A stretch of 51,431 nt of DNA, filler included, from Sphacelaria rigidula (taxonomy: Eukaryota): NCBI GenBank assembly GCA_964200075.2. It is 4 parts of 4 records of this genome, joined end to end, with 100 filler letters (N's around TTAATTAATTAA, not from the genome) between each part and the next. Parts side by side here need not be neighbours in the genome. Positions count along the whole stretch, not along the records: positions 12,885 to 25,667 come from CAXNAA020003421.1; positions 25,768 to 38,550 come from CAXNAA020003422.1; 2 more parts are not named here. The stretch is one strand, 5' to 3'. Positions 23,790 through 34,434 of the stretch are shown piece after piece. The position numbers and the translations under genes were made by a program. Under the pieces are notes generated by a model. That model saw only the letters and a list, made by a program, of their open reading frames with translations. It was not told where the DNA came from and ran no database searches. Numbering within the stretch: position 1 is the stretch's first letter; each line of letters starts with the position of its first letter.

Positions 23790-25667
23790 GTGCGCGTCAC
23801 CGGTGGAAATTAGACGACGCCGAGACTCCGCATTACCGAAAAATCACGATTCAGGGTATAACTCGACTCCATTGTAGCTGTTTTCAAAAATGTTTCCCCC
23901 CTTAGATTCCCGAGCTGATGGCGGTTACTATAACTTGAAGTATGTGGAGATAAGGTGAAAGCTGGGCTTGGATATTCGTGTTTGCATTTTCACAACAACT
24001 CAAAGGGCGCTGATTGGTCGAAGTAACTTTTCACCCTTAGCGCTGCCAGTATGGCCCCAAACACAATCCGGCTATGTCACCCTCTTCAGCCGTTCATGGT
24101 GGTCAGTATGATACCATGTATGCGGCTATTGGGTAGGTATTGCGAAAGGCATTTGACACAATTTTGGGCGATCAGCGTGAACCAGCTCGTACTTTATCCA
24201 AGTCGAATATGATCATTTTCGGAACAATATTTTCTTACCTTCACCACCGCTGTTTATGGAGACACAAACCCAACCAAAATTGCACGATCAGGACGACAAA
24301 GGTTGCTAAGGCTACCGATAGAACTAATGCGCATATATTAGCAAGCGGTAGGAACTAATGATGCGCGTTCAAGCAACCCAACACAGTCAGAGGTGAACCT
24401 CAGTAAAATGGTGCCCCTGCAAACCACACACAGCTCGGGCCGTATCTGGTCAATACCCGGGCACATTCGGCGTGGCCTTGCTCAAATGTCTTGAGAATGT
24501 AAGCGAGAAACGATGATCGGGGCATACTCACGCGAGCTATCAGCAACGACACGTGCCCCCTCCAATCAATATGCAGAATAAATTTCCGTGTTCACAACGA
24601 CAAGGAATGACCAACGCAACGCGTGTGAAGTGACTACAAGGTGATAACGACTACATAATACTAACACTGTAGTTCGTTTTCATTCGAGGAGAGGATGAAC
24701 CGAGTAAGACGCTGTTGGGTTAGACTAGAACAATCTTTATGGCAGTCACCGATCTCGTCCTGTGCGCAGATCGGGGGACAAATCGGGAAACGCATTTCAT
24801 TCATTACGGGCCCCAATATGGTCCATAGCGGGAAAGCGAATCGGAATCTCACTATTTGAGAACGATCTTGCCCGATTTGGAGCCCCAACAGGGAAGACTT
24901 GAGGTTGCCCTAATCTGTATGAAGGAGACGTTCTGAAAGCGATGTACGGTGATAGGGCAGCAAGAGTTTGATATTTTGCAACCGCAGCAGCAGTATTTTC
25001 TCACAATACCGATGCAATGGACTCATTGAAGGTGACTGGTTCTTCCATGTATATATGAGTACCATGGTGACCAATTATCATTCATAAATTTCCGTTTGTT
25101 ACTGTGATGGCTGGATACCGTTTCGTGGGAAACGTTGCCGACCTCAGAAGGCATACCGAAGCAAGCCTTGATTCTGTTTCATTTGTCTCATGTATTTACT
25201 ATTTTCACTATACATTGCTCATATTTTCACTGTACTCAATGTATTCTTTTCATTAACTCCTCTCTCAATATATATATAAATATATAGTATCATTTGATCA
25301 ATTTTTTGTTCACTAATTTTACTTTCCTTCTTTTCCCTCTCTTCATTTTAGTAGTAAATTTTACTTTTATTTACCACAGCTTCTTTCGTTTTATCCATTT
25401 GTTTGTTTAATTTTATTTCTACATCTATGCCACACACAAATCAGGGGGGGAGTACCCTATCCCCAATGTGTTGAATAGGATTTAATATGCGATCGGTTTA
25501 GGAGGAGTTAGTATGTCGTTTGGCGTAAGGGGGGGGGGGGGGGCGCGCACTCATTTGTTGCTTGCCTTAGTCGTGTCACCAGTGACCACGCATCCCCTTC
25601 GAGACGGAGCACCGCTCCTACTCCTAGTAGAGACACCTCCAACATTCTGGCGCTCATTACGTTTCTT

Positions 25668-25767
25668 NNNNNNNNNNNNNNNNNNNNNNNNNNNNNNNNN
25701 NNNNNNNNNNNTTAATTAATTAANNNNNNNNNNNNNNNNNNNNNNNNNNNNNNNNNNNNNNNNNNNN
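25668..25767. other. Artificial contig spacer
   Basis: N44-TTAATTAATTAA-N44. Confidence 0.98.
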
Positions 25768-26610
25768 ATACGCCCCGTCTCGAAAGGGATGCGTGGTCAA
25801 TGGTCACACGACTAAGGCAAGCAACAAATGAGCACGCCCCCCCCCCCCCTCAAGAAATCCTGACGAAAATACCAAAATCCACCGCGTGACGTGATCCATG
25901 TCCAGAAGTCGCTCCGCTGCTAAGGGCTATGGATGACGGAAGCCGTCGAACAATGAATATTGGCCAATCAGATTGCATCATCTTTCGTGATCATTCAGAA
26001 AACTGCGTCCCACTTCACTCAACTTTTTCAGCATTATCGAAGAAATATGGTGACACTTTAGGTGGTTAGCGATTAATAAGTACATCCTTTCGGCAGCAGC
26101 AAACACGTAGTCCAGAACGACAACTCGATTAGCAACGAAGTACAACGCACAACCGAACCCACCCTTGGATACCACTCCTGGCGTTACCCGACCCCGTGTG
26201 CTGAACGTGTTCATTTTGACGTCTACACACGCAGAGGGAGACACCTCGCACACGTTAACCACGGTATGGGGAAAACTAGATACAGTATCAAATCACGCCG
26301 ACAACGACGGTCCCTATTTACATCTGGCTGTAATAAACAGAGACACAACAATTGATTAAAAGCGCACAAACGGATGCGGCTGGATTAATCAGGTAGCTTA
26401 TGAAAAATATGCCAATGTATCTACAAACGTAACCCCCCTCTCTACACCCTCCGGTCCACACTATCGCACCTCTACACGATTGGAGTTGGGCAGCCTTTCC
26501 TCCCTGGTTTACCTCCCCACCACCGCGATCGGTAGCCTATTTTGTATAACATTCGCAAAGGATGAAAGCGATGAGACAGAAAGACGGCATCTGAACTCTT
26601 CACAAAAGCC

Positions 26611-27111
26611 TCAAAGATTGTTCATTGGGATTCCCTCATCCGCGGCACGCACCCTCACCATTCTGAGCGCCAGGAGCACCCGAGCCTCTATCAATTCGTA
26701 GTCTGCACGAAACCATTCGGTGCCCCCATCCTCTCTTTTTCCGTTGACCTTTTCTTTTCCAGGCACCACACGCAGGTCTCCTAGATCAAGGTGGACCACT
26801 TTCTCCACGTAGCCACACCACGGCACCTCCCACGACGCTCTGAGCTTGTATATTTTCCCGTTTCTGCCCGCGGACTGCTGCATGCGTCTCTCGGGCCGGT
26901 CTCGCGTAGTCTTACCTATTTTCCACTCGCGCACCCCACTGTGACCACCTCCGCCGTTGCTACCCGTCCTGCTAGCGCTACCGGTAAAAGCACCGTCAGC
27001 TTCATAGTAGATGTAGAGGTGTCCGCGCATATCTAACGGCGCTGGCCCCGCGTCGAATCGCTCCTGTGCTCTTCTATTAAGGGGGCCTGGTCTGGTTTTC
27101 TCTCCATTCAC
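26611..27111 (-). CDS. T5orf172/MUG113-like (GIY-YIG-related) nuclease domain protein
   Basis: GHLYIYY...WKIGKTTRDRPERRMQQ...YVEKVVHLDL...GGTEWF matches the G-x-hY / KIG-T..P..R / E..hH / EWF signature. It is intronless. The first in-frame ATG is at 27030; the called start at 27111 is GTG. Confidence 0.8.
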   Translation of the reverse strand: MNGEKTRPGPLNRRAQERFDAGPAPLDMRGHLYIYYEADGAFTGSASRTGSNGGGGHSGVREWKIGKTTRDRPERRMQQSAGRNGKIYKLRASWEVPWCGYVEKVVHLDLGDLRVVPGKEKVNGKREDGGTEWFRADYELIEARVLLALRMVRVRAADEGIPMNNL

Positions 27112-27415
27112 TCTTCTGCTGTCTTGTTGTCCTTGCTCCTCCCTCTCGAGCGCGCAATCTAACGCGGGTACACGACAGGGGTGTGTGTGCGTATATATAG
27201 AGGGAACAAGCGCGGTGTACCGTGTCGTTTTCTGTCCGGGAGTTGTCCCGCATAATATTCGCGTGTTGGTTTCATCATGAGTTTTGGGAGAGACGGCTAA
27301 ACGCCGCTGCTGAACGGCGAGGAAATGGGAAATTTACACCAATAAATGACAACCTCCGGACATACCTCAGACCACAGCATGCCTATCAAGCTCACGGGAA
27401 AGTAGATCACCCGTT

Positions 27416-27998
27416 CTACCTCGCAACAGGACTAGTGGCGTCGACGTTGTTACCTAAGCGCTCAATTCCGTGAAGAATCGGAACACAAACTGAATCACAA
27501 CGCGTCGGAGTCAATCGGACACCTTTGATCCGTCGAATAAGATCTTCTTTCTCCAGTTTACTGTAGCCTTTCATTTCCCGACATCGGCATTTATCTCGCA
27601 GCTCTTCCAGTGTCAGGTCCTCCAAGCGTTCTTCTCCTAGCTTGGTGTAGTTAGACTCTGCAAAGAGACGGATTGGGATACAAGCGATGCGCGAAAGCGA
27701 AATCAGCCGAAGAGTTGACTATAGACACTTCTAACCACATTGTATACATCAGCCATGGGTTGCGAGGCAGTTCACGTTCTTTAGGGCACTGCAAGACATG
27801 CGTATGCTAGCTAAATAGTTTTCTGCCCTCACGAAAAAACTGATCGGCACGTCCTACTGCGTTCTCCCTCGCATCCGTTGCCACTCTACGCTTCGATGAG
27901 CTGGCGCAGGCACTTCGTCCACCTTCCGGTTTCCGATATATGTGCGCGTGCATGTGTTTGATTGTCATCATGCGTGCTCGACCCCCCTGTGACCACAC
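27416..27998 (-). pseudogene. Interrupted ORF ending in a Rho_N/HeH-like motif, preceded by a CRAL-TRIO-like segment
   Basis: LEDLTLEELRDKCRCREMKGYSKLEKEDLIRRI fits the Rho-termination-factor N-terminal pattern (L..hT..EL+..h+..Gh.GYS+L.K.-Lh). Upstream frameshifted pieces read LKNVNCL and NPWLMYTMWLEVS. Confidence 0.55.
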
Positions 27999-28140
27999 AC
28001 CTCGCGGTGAAACACGTTATCAACGGTACCCCACCATGATTAGCGATCGGTTATACCAGTGCTGCGGTTGTGCGCACATGACATAAGTTCAGGGCGTGCG
28101 TGCGTATACTATGGTGTAGGATCAACACTCGGCGCGGGAA

Positions 28141-29420
28141 AGGAAGAACCGTCCGAACCCCGTACATCAAGTGTGCGTTGGCACTGAACATGCCTCATGG
28201 TTACGTCTACAACCAGATAGATCAAGAAATGCGTGGCGTGCAGTAAGTGTACAGTCCTGAGGACCTTGAACCCACAAAGAACCCTGCTAACGTTGCGCTC
28301 AACACTGCGCGACACGAATGTTTGTACAGTCGTACCTTCCAAGAGACCAACAAGCTCGTTCTTCCTCAGCCTGCTGTAGTTTCGAAGCCCCTTCCGCTTG
28401 CACTCAGCCCGAAGCTTCGCTACGGTGGGCTGCTCAGCTGTCTGGTTGCATGGCGGAACGACGGCATCTTGTCCCGTAGTCGATCCTGCGCGGCAAACAA
28501 TCATCCCTTCAACGTTTTTCGAGGAGAGGAAGGAAGAACCGTCCGAAACCCGTACATCAAGTGTGCGTTAGCACTGAACGTACCTCACGGTAACGTCCAT
28601 AACCAGACGGATTAAATCACGCGGGACGTGCAGCAAGTATCCGGTCCTGAGGACCTTGAACCCACAAAAGAATCTTGCGAATGTTGCGTTCAGCACTGGG
28701 CGACACGAATTCTTGAACAGTCGTACCTTGCAAGAGACCAACAAGCTCGTTCTTCCTCAGCCTGCTGTAGTTTCGAAGCCCCTTCCGCTTGCACTCAGCC
28801 CGAAGCTTCGCTACGGTGGGCTGCTCAGCTGTCTGGTTGCATGGCGGAACGACGGCATCTTGTCCCGTAGTCGATCCTGCGCGGTAAACAGTCAATCAGT
28901 CGTTCAACGTTTTTCGAGGAGAGGAGGGAAGAACCGTTCGAACGACGTGCCTAGGAGTACGTTGGCATTGAACATACCTCATGATATCGTCTACAACCAG
29001 ACGAATGAAGCCACGCGGGGCGTGCAGCAAGTATACGGTCCTCGGGAACTTGAGCCCTTGAGAGAATTTTGCTAGCGTTGCGCTCAGCACCGCGCCACAC
29101 ATTATTTTACAGTAATACTTTGATCTCAGCTCGATTCATGAGGTGTAAGAGGGGTCCGCTGTAAATATGGAGTGTTGCCATGTCGTTGTTTGGTCCGGTG
29201 CAAATCAGTACACAGCGGTATCACAGCGCATCGATTAGCAGAACATGAGATCGACCTTCCAAGAGACGAACAAGCTCATTCTTCTTCAGCCTGCTGTAGT
29301 TTCGAAGACCCCTTCGCTTGCACTCAGTCCGAAGCTCCGCTACCGTGGCCTGCTCAGCTGTCTGGGTGCATGGCGGAACGACGACAACCTGTCCCGTAGT
29401 CGATCCTGTGGTGGAAACAA
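28141..29420 (-). repeat. Tandem array of ~390-bp units carrying three Rho_N/HeH-like motifs
   Basis: Unit starts GGAAGAACCGT at about 28142, 28532 and 28927, and a further partial unit spans about 29250-29420. TVAKLRAECKRKGLRNYSRLRKNELVGLL occurs twice and TVAELRTECKRRGLRNYSRLKKNELVRLL once. Confidence 0.9.
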
Positions 29421-29559
29421 TTATTCGTCCAATGTCCTTCGGTGAGAAACCCGACGTACAACAGTGGATAAACGCCATACAATTTCGCCGACTGGACGCC
29501 TTGATATCAGCAACAATGTTTGGACAGCTGTCTACCTTAACGCAACAAGTCTCAGTCAT
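29221..29559 (-). CDS. Small protein with a C-terminal Rho_N/HeH-like DNA-binding motif
   Basis: Open frame from ATG 29559: MTETCCVKVDSCPNIVADIK...DIGRIIV...TVAELRTECKRRGLRNYSRLKKNELVRLLEG. Confidence 0.5.
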   Translation of the reverse strand: MTETCCVKVDSCPNIVADIKASSRRNCMAFIHCCTSGFSPKDIGRIIVSTTGSTTGQVVVVPPCTQTAEQATVAELRTECKRRGLRNYSRLKKNELVRLLEGRSHVLLIDAL

Positions 29560-30938
29560 AGCTTTGTATCTCAATAATATATGACGTTGATAGTTCGCTG
29601 ATGCCTTCTATCCTAGCTAACTGGCGGCAGGGCGCATTTGTTCATATTCCGTCCTGGAGAAGCATTACAGTACACATGAGTTTGGTAATTTGACAATGAC
29701 CTGTACAGTACAGTTGGACAACAGCGTTCCTATTTACATGCATACCGCTCCAGCATCGACCGCCGATTTCACTCCACCGTGGTGCACCATCATCACACGA
29801 GAAGGAAGGGCAGCGGCCAGGGACACAGATGCAGTACAGAAGCCTGTACTTTGCCGCCCTTTCTAGGGCACAGCAAAGCGATCAGCACTGGTTTGCTAAA
29901 GGTGAAAAATCATCACGTGAATTTCGATCGATCACGCTTTTTTTTTTTTTTCCCCACCCAGAGCATATGCCATGATTCTGTCCGTCCGTTTAGGCCGCTT
30001 CTCACTGATGTGATGCATAGTTCTTTGAAAAATATTCTCTCGGCGATTAAGCGTCAATTTTAGCACTCAAAAGAGGCTTCGCGGGTTACGCTACCTCAGG
30101 AAGACTTTTGAGTCTTTTCGACAGGATTCATCGTGCCGACCTTAGATACGCCCCCGGTTTGACGGCGGGCCGGACTAGTGATATCTGATATGACCCGAAA
30201 CACTTTTGCGGCTTTCGTGAATTTCGAACACCTTTTTCGGGAGAACTCCCAGACTTAAAAAAAAAGTGACACGCTATGCAAATCTAGTTCCACGCCAGAC
30301 ACAGTCAGCAGGGCAGTACTCGAGTGCACGGAGTGGCGCCCGCAGGTCTGAGAACACGGTGCCAATTTTCTCACAGTCCGGCTGCGGGGCAGGTTCCGAG
30401 TAGCAACCGCTTGCGATCTGTGCAGTGACGTTGCTCCTGTGCCGTGCTAATTCCTCCACCGCCTATTAGTGCCTGTTACACCAGCTATCCGTCCTGATGG
30501 TGATGAAACCTGTTCCCAGGGTGGATTTTCTCCTCAGTGTTTCGCCGGGGGATTTTAATTTTATTTTATAGCGAAGTAGACGCCTCCGGGAGAAACGGTG
30601 GATGATGGCAATTATCCTACTTTCGCCCAGAGATTCCACACATCTTGTGCATGCAGCTGCGGGCCTGAAAGCATCGCCCAAGTGGAAGGAGTGAGCTCGA
30701 AGACGATCGAGGTGTGTTGATATACTGATGAGTAGGTCATCTCGCAAGTTGTACTGATAATGGTGCCGTCTGCTCGGAGCATTTGCAGAATCCGTGCAGC
30801 CTAGAGCGAACAACCCCCCCCCCCGTTGAACCTCACCTCCGGTGTCATGGCAAAGCACAGCGCTCGCATGACGCCACCGGCAGAGAATTGCAGGGTTTTT
30901 TCACCATCTAGAGAGGTCGATCTTTCCATAGCAAAAAA

Positions 30939-31112
30939 TTCACACCTTGGACAATATATGCTCAATAGTTGCAATAGATAAGAAACGTACTGCATAAAGT
31001 ATAGGTCTATTGCGATTATTGTCGGCCGGCAATAGTTGCAATAGGCCTATACTTTATGCAGTACACTTCTCGTCTAATGCATCTATTGATCATATATTGT
31101 CGAGGGTGTGAA
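30939..31112. repeat. Palindromic repeat element (~85-bp arms, almost no loop)
   Basis: TTCACACCTTGGACAATATATG...GTACTGCATAAAGTATAGG pairs with CCTATACTTTATGCAGTAC...CATATATTGTCGAGGGTGTGAA, centred on GTCGGCCGGC. One arm recurs at about 4310-4392. Confidence 0.85.
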
Positions 31113-32032
31113 AAGGTTGTGTTGAAATCCATCGATGTCTCAAATGGTGCGACGTGACTCAAGTTTGAAAAAAATCAAACCTTTTTTCCGCACCAGGACA
31201 TGGGCCATCCGGACTGCCGTGTACTGCACCAACAGCACATAGCATCCTGATGAAATAAAAAATTTCAACCGGTACATTTGTAGCTGTCGTCTTGGCGCAG
31301 ATGATGCAAAAAGTCACATCCCAATCGATGGCCGTGGCGATGAGTATTCTCTGAGACAGATTGGGCTGTGATCGCAAACACGCACCTCCAACCCTCACCG
31401 GTCTCCACAAAACGCGAAAACCTCACCCCTGTCTAACGGCCTCGGAATAGATGACACCCGTGAATGACTCTTGATAGGGCAGATGGTTGATACATGGGAC
31501 ATGTGGAATGTTGTAGAATTCGAACCTTCGACCGAGTCCCCAGAAGTAAGAATCATCTTCGCGACCTCGCAGCAGCGGAGTGAACAAATTATGAAGCTGG
31601 CCCTGACGAAGGCATACCGAGAACCATCGAGCAAGGCAGGTGCAACGTGTTTCGTAGGCGAAGGGTGCGTTGCCAGACCTCAAATCGGCGCCCCAGGCGC
31701 CGATTTAGACAAGAACGCGTTCTGGGACGCTCGGAGAATGCTAGGAGCACAGCCCCCGTGAAAGATCCGGATATCGGTTTTGACAACAAGATGAAGATTG
31801 ATCAACTCACGCTCCCGAATGGGAAAGTATACTGCGCCAAGACGACACAACAGACAGCATAAAGTCGTCGGCCCACTTTCGCTGAAGCCACGTGGCACCG
31901 AAGCCCCAATCATGTCTTTCAGTGGACCCACCCGTCCTAGGACACGCATCTGTTGTATCGGCAATGTTGGGTGACGGACAACCGTTTGTTTTCATTCCCT
32001 CTTGCAAAACAATACCTTTGGAGTCCGATGAA

Positions 32033-32131
32033 CCCCTAGACCGCGAGGGTAGTCCATCTAGACCATGCACACTTTTTTCAAGTGAAAAATGATGCCGATT
32101 CAGCATGTGACCAAACGTCGCGGTCGAAGGG
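32033..32131. mobile_element. piggyBac-like MITE copy
   Basis: CCCCTAGACCGCGAGGGTAGTCCATCT...GCGGTCGAAGGG|TTAA, homologous to the reverse complement of 9389-9488. Confidence 0.7.
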
Positions 32132-33003
32132 TTAATTAAAATAATATTCATGAAATGAAAAGCCATGCCTACGGAACAACAAATATACTCGAACAAGGGG
32201 AGTCGTTCATTCGACAAAAGCTGTGGAATTATGGCAGCCGATGAATCAAGTTCCTCAAAACATGATGAGGTTGTGGACCAACACCCGCCCAGCCCACACT
32301 ACACACCCGGTGACTAATTGTACTCCGGTCGTCTGTGTAAGTGCCGTCCCCGTTGAAGTTGATCACTACGTATGGCTCATTTCGGCCCAATTTCGATCCG
32401 CATCCCCTCCCAAAAATGGTTCAGCTTGCTGATTTCAGTTACCGGCTTTGGGCTCAAATGTTCATGGTTGATATTACTTGATTTGAGTGTTCCAACGAGA
32501 ATCGGAACTTGAGTAGCACTGGCGGTTCTATGTGCTCCTCGGGTGCGCACAACGCGTTTTCGTTGAAATCGGTGCCACAGAAGCCGATTTGGGGTCTACC
32601 AAGGCCTCACTTTCTTCAGGAAATGTATGTACCGCCCTTGCCCGAGTGTTCTCGTTTTGCGTTGGATTGGTTCAACCCAATCAGCCTCCTTGCATGCCAG
32701 GATATCGCAAGCGCGGACGGAAGGCGACGCAGTGGCATATAATACATGAGGAACAACGGACATAACGGTAGGGTTCTGATTTTAGATGGCAATCCACTTT
32801 TTTTAGATATGAATTTTGGATCCATGCCGTTCTCTTCCGATGACGTAAGGCGTACTTCACGAGCCTGGATAAGCCCCAGAAGTCGGTCTCTTCTTGTCTC
32901 TTCGTGCTTTCGGTCGGTGACACTTTTTTTGCCCATTTCGGGGGGTCAGGCGCGCCCATAACTGTAGTAATAGCTTTGAGCTAAAGGGCGTTCACAGCAG
33001 GAA

Positions 33004-33408
33004 ACAGGCAGTTCTATAAAATGAGGATTTACGATGAATGAGGTTCAAGCCCAAAACAATGCTTTCCCCACACTTTCAGAGATGGTGCCCAATGAACTTT
33101 TTGTCGGCCTAATACCCACTGATCGCGTTGATACTTCTTCAGCGCATTTTACCGACTCTGTGAGCTTACAGCGCTGACCGAAACCGTCATTTTCCCTGAT
33201 TTTGTTCTGGGGGGGGGGGGGGGTGATATCAGGGGAAACGACGGTTTCGGATAGCGCTGAAAATTGCGGTAAAGAAGTATCATCGCGATCAAGGGGCATT
33301 AAATCGACAAAAAAGTCATCGGGCACCATCGCTGAAAGTGTGGGGAAAACATTGTTTTGGGCTTGAACCTCATTTCATCGTACAACCTCATTTTATAGAA
33401 ATGCCTGT
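33004..33408. mobile_element. Foldback element / long-TIR MITE (~200-bp arms)
   Basis: ACAGGCAGTTCTATAAAATGAGG...GAGGTTCAAGCCCAAAACAATG pairs with CATTGTTTTGGGCTTGAACCTC...CCTCATTTTATAGAAATGCCTGT. Pairing continues inward to a G-run loop at about 33210. Confidence 0.85.
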
Positions 33409-34434
33409 CTCGAAGAAAACGCTGTATATAGTACAAGTGTGTATTATAGCAATGCGATTAAGACGTATCTACATCACTTCCTGAAAACAGCGGGCCGTGA
33501 TAAATCGACGGCTCGCGTTGTACATAAGCGAATGTACAACTCGCACTTAGTGTCTGTCCCGAACAGGAGAAGGAGTTCAAGCTAGTAATCTGACACACCG
33601 GAATCCAATAACGAACTTCTGGCGGGGATCGAGATTTACGGCGTTGACGTAGACATAGATTTTGACTTCTCAATTTTAATGGTACTTCTGTATCACGATA
33701 AGACGCCGCGACCACTACATACGACAGAGACCATATACCTCCGTCGCCACAGGAGACGAGAACATGAGAAGGGCAGGGTAGATGACACGCTCGATCAGAG
33801 GCGTTGGTGTTCACCTCCCCACCCGACCACCCCTCCCTGTACCTCGCGGCAGATGCGGAGGATCCCCAGAGTTAACTCATGGGATGCAACGTTCGGACGA
33901 CAGAGCGGCGTCGGTGATGGGAGACGCGACGGTGGGCGCCGGTATTGTTGCTTGCGGTCTGGGGGAGTGCGACCCCGCAGTGGAACCCGGCAGCGATGAT
34001 GGGCGAGCTACCATGTGGGGGAGCGGGGGGGGAAACCGCAGGGGCAACTTCACGGGTGAGTGTTGTCGGCAGCGGGCTCGCGGTTGCGGCCAGCCAGTGG
34101 AATTCACCGGCTGCATCAAACGGATGGGGGGAGGGAGGACCGGCGATGCCGCCGGCGGCAGCAAGTGCGGCATGCGGATGCTTCGGCGACGGAGGCATGG
34201 CAGAGGCGGCCCCGCGGACATATCTTGCGGCGGTGACGGGCCAGCGATCAAGCGGGGCGGCGCCGGTGCCGACGACGGCGCCGAACACTAGAACTCGCAC
34301 CCGCGCAGGGGTCACGGAGATTCCGCGGTCGTATCTTGCCGCGTTGACAGGCTGCGAGAGGGGGGAGGAAGCGGAGGCAGGAGAATCACGGGCGCAAAGT
34401 GACGCGCTCCCCGACCCTTCTCCTCATGCCTCGC

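Noticed and set aside
25540-25845. Apparent inverted repeat flanking the gap at 25668-25767
   Set aside because: The two halves are on different contigs joined by an artificial spacer, and the same repeat also occurs at about 3715-3790.
28141-29420. CRISPR-like array
   Set aside because: The units are ~390-bp tandem duplications with no short repeat and unique spacer structure. The DNA is eukaryotic and no cas genes are present.
31300-32960. Decayed genes between the hairpin elements on contig 3
   Set aside because: There are only short ORFs on both strands with no motif I can identify, so no call can be supported without a homology search.
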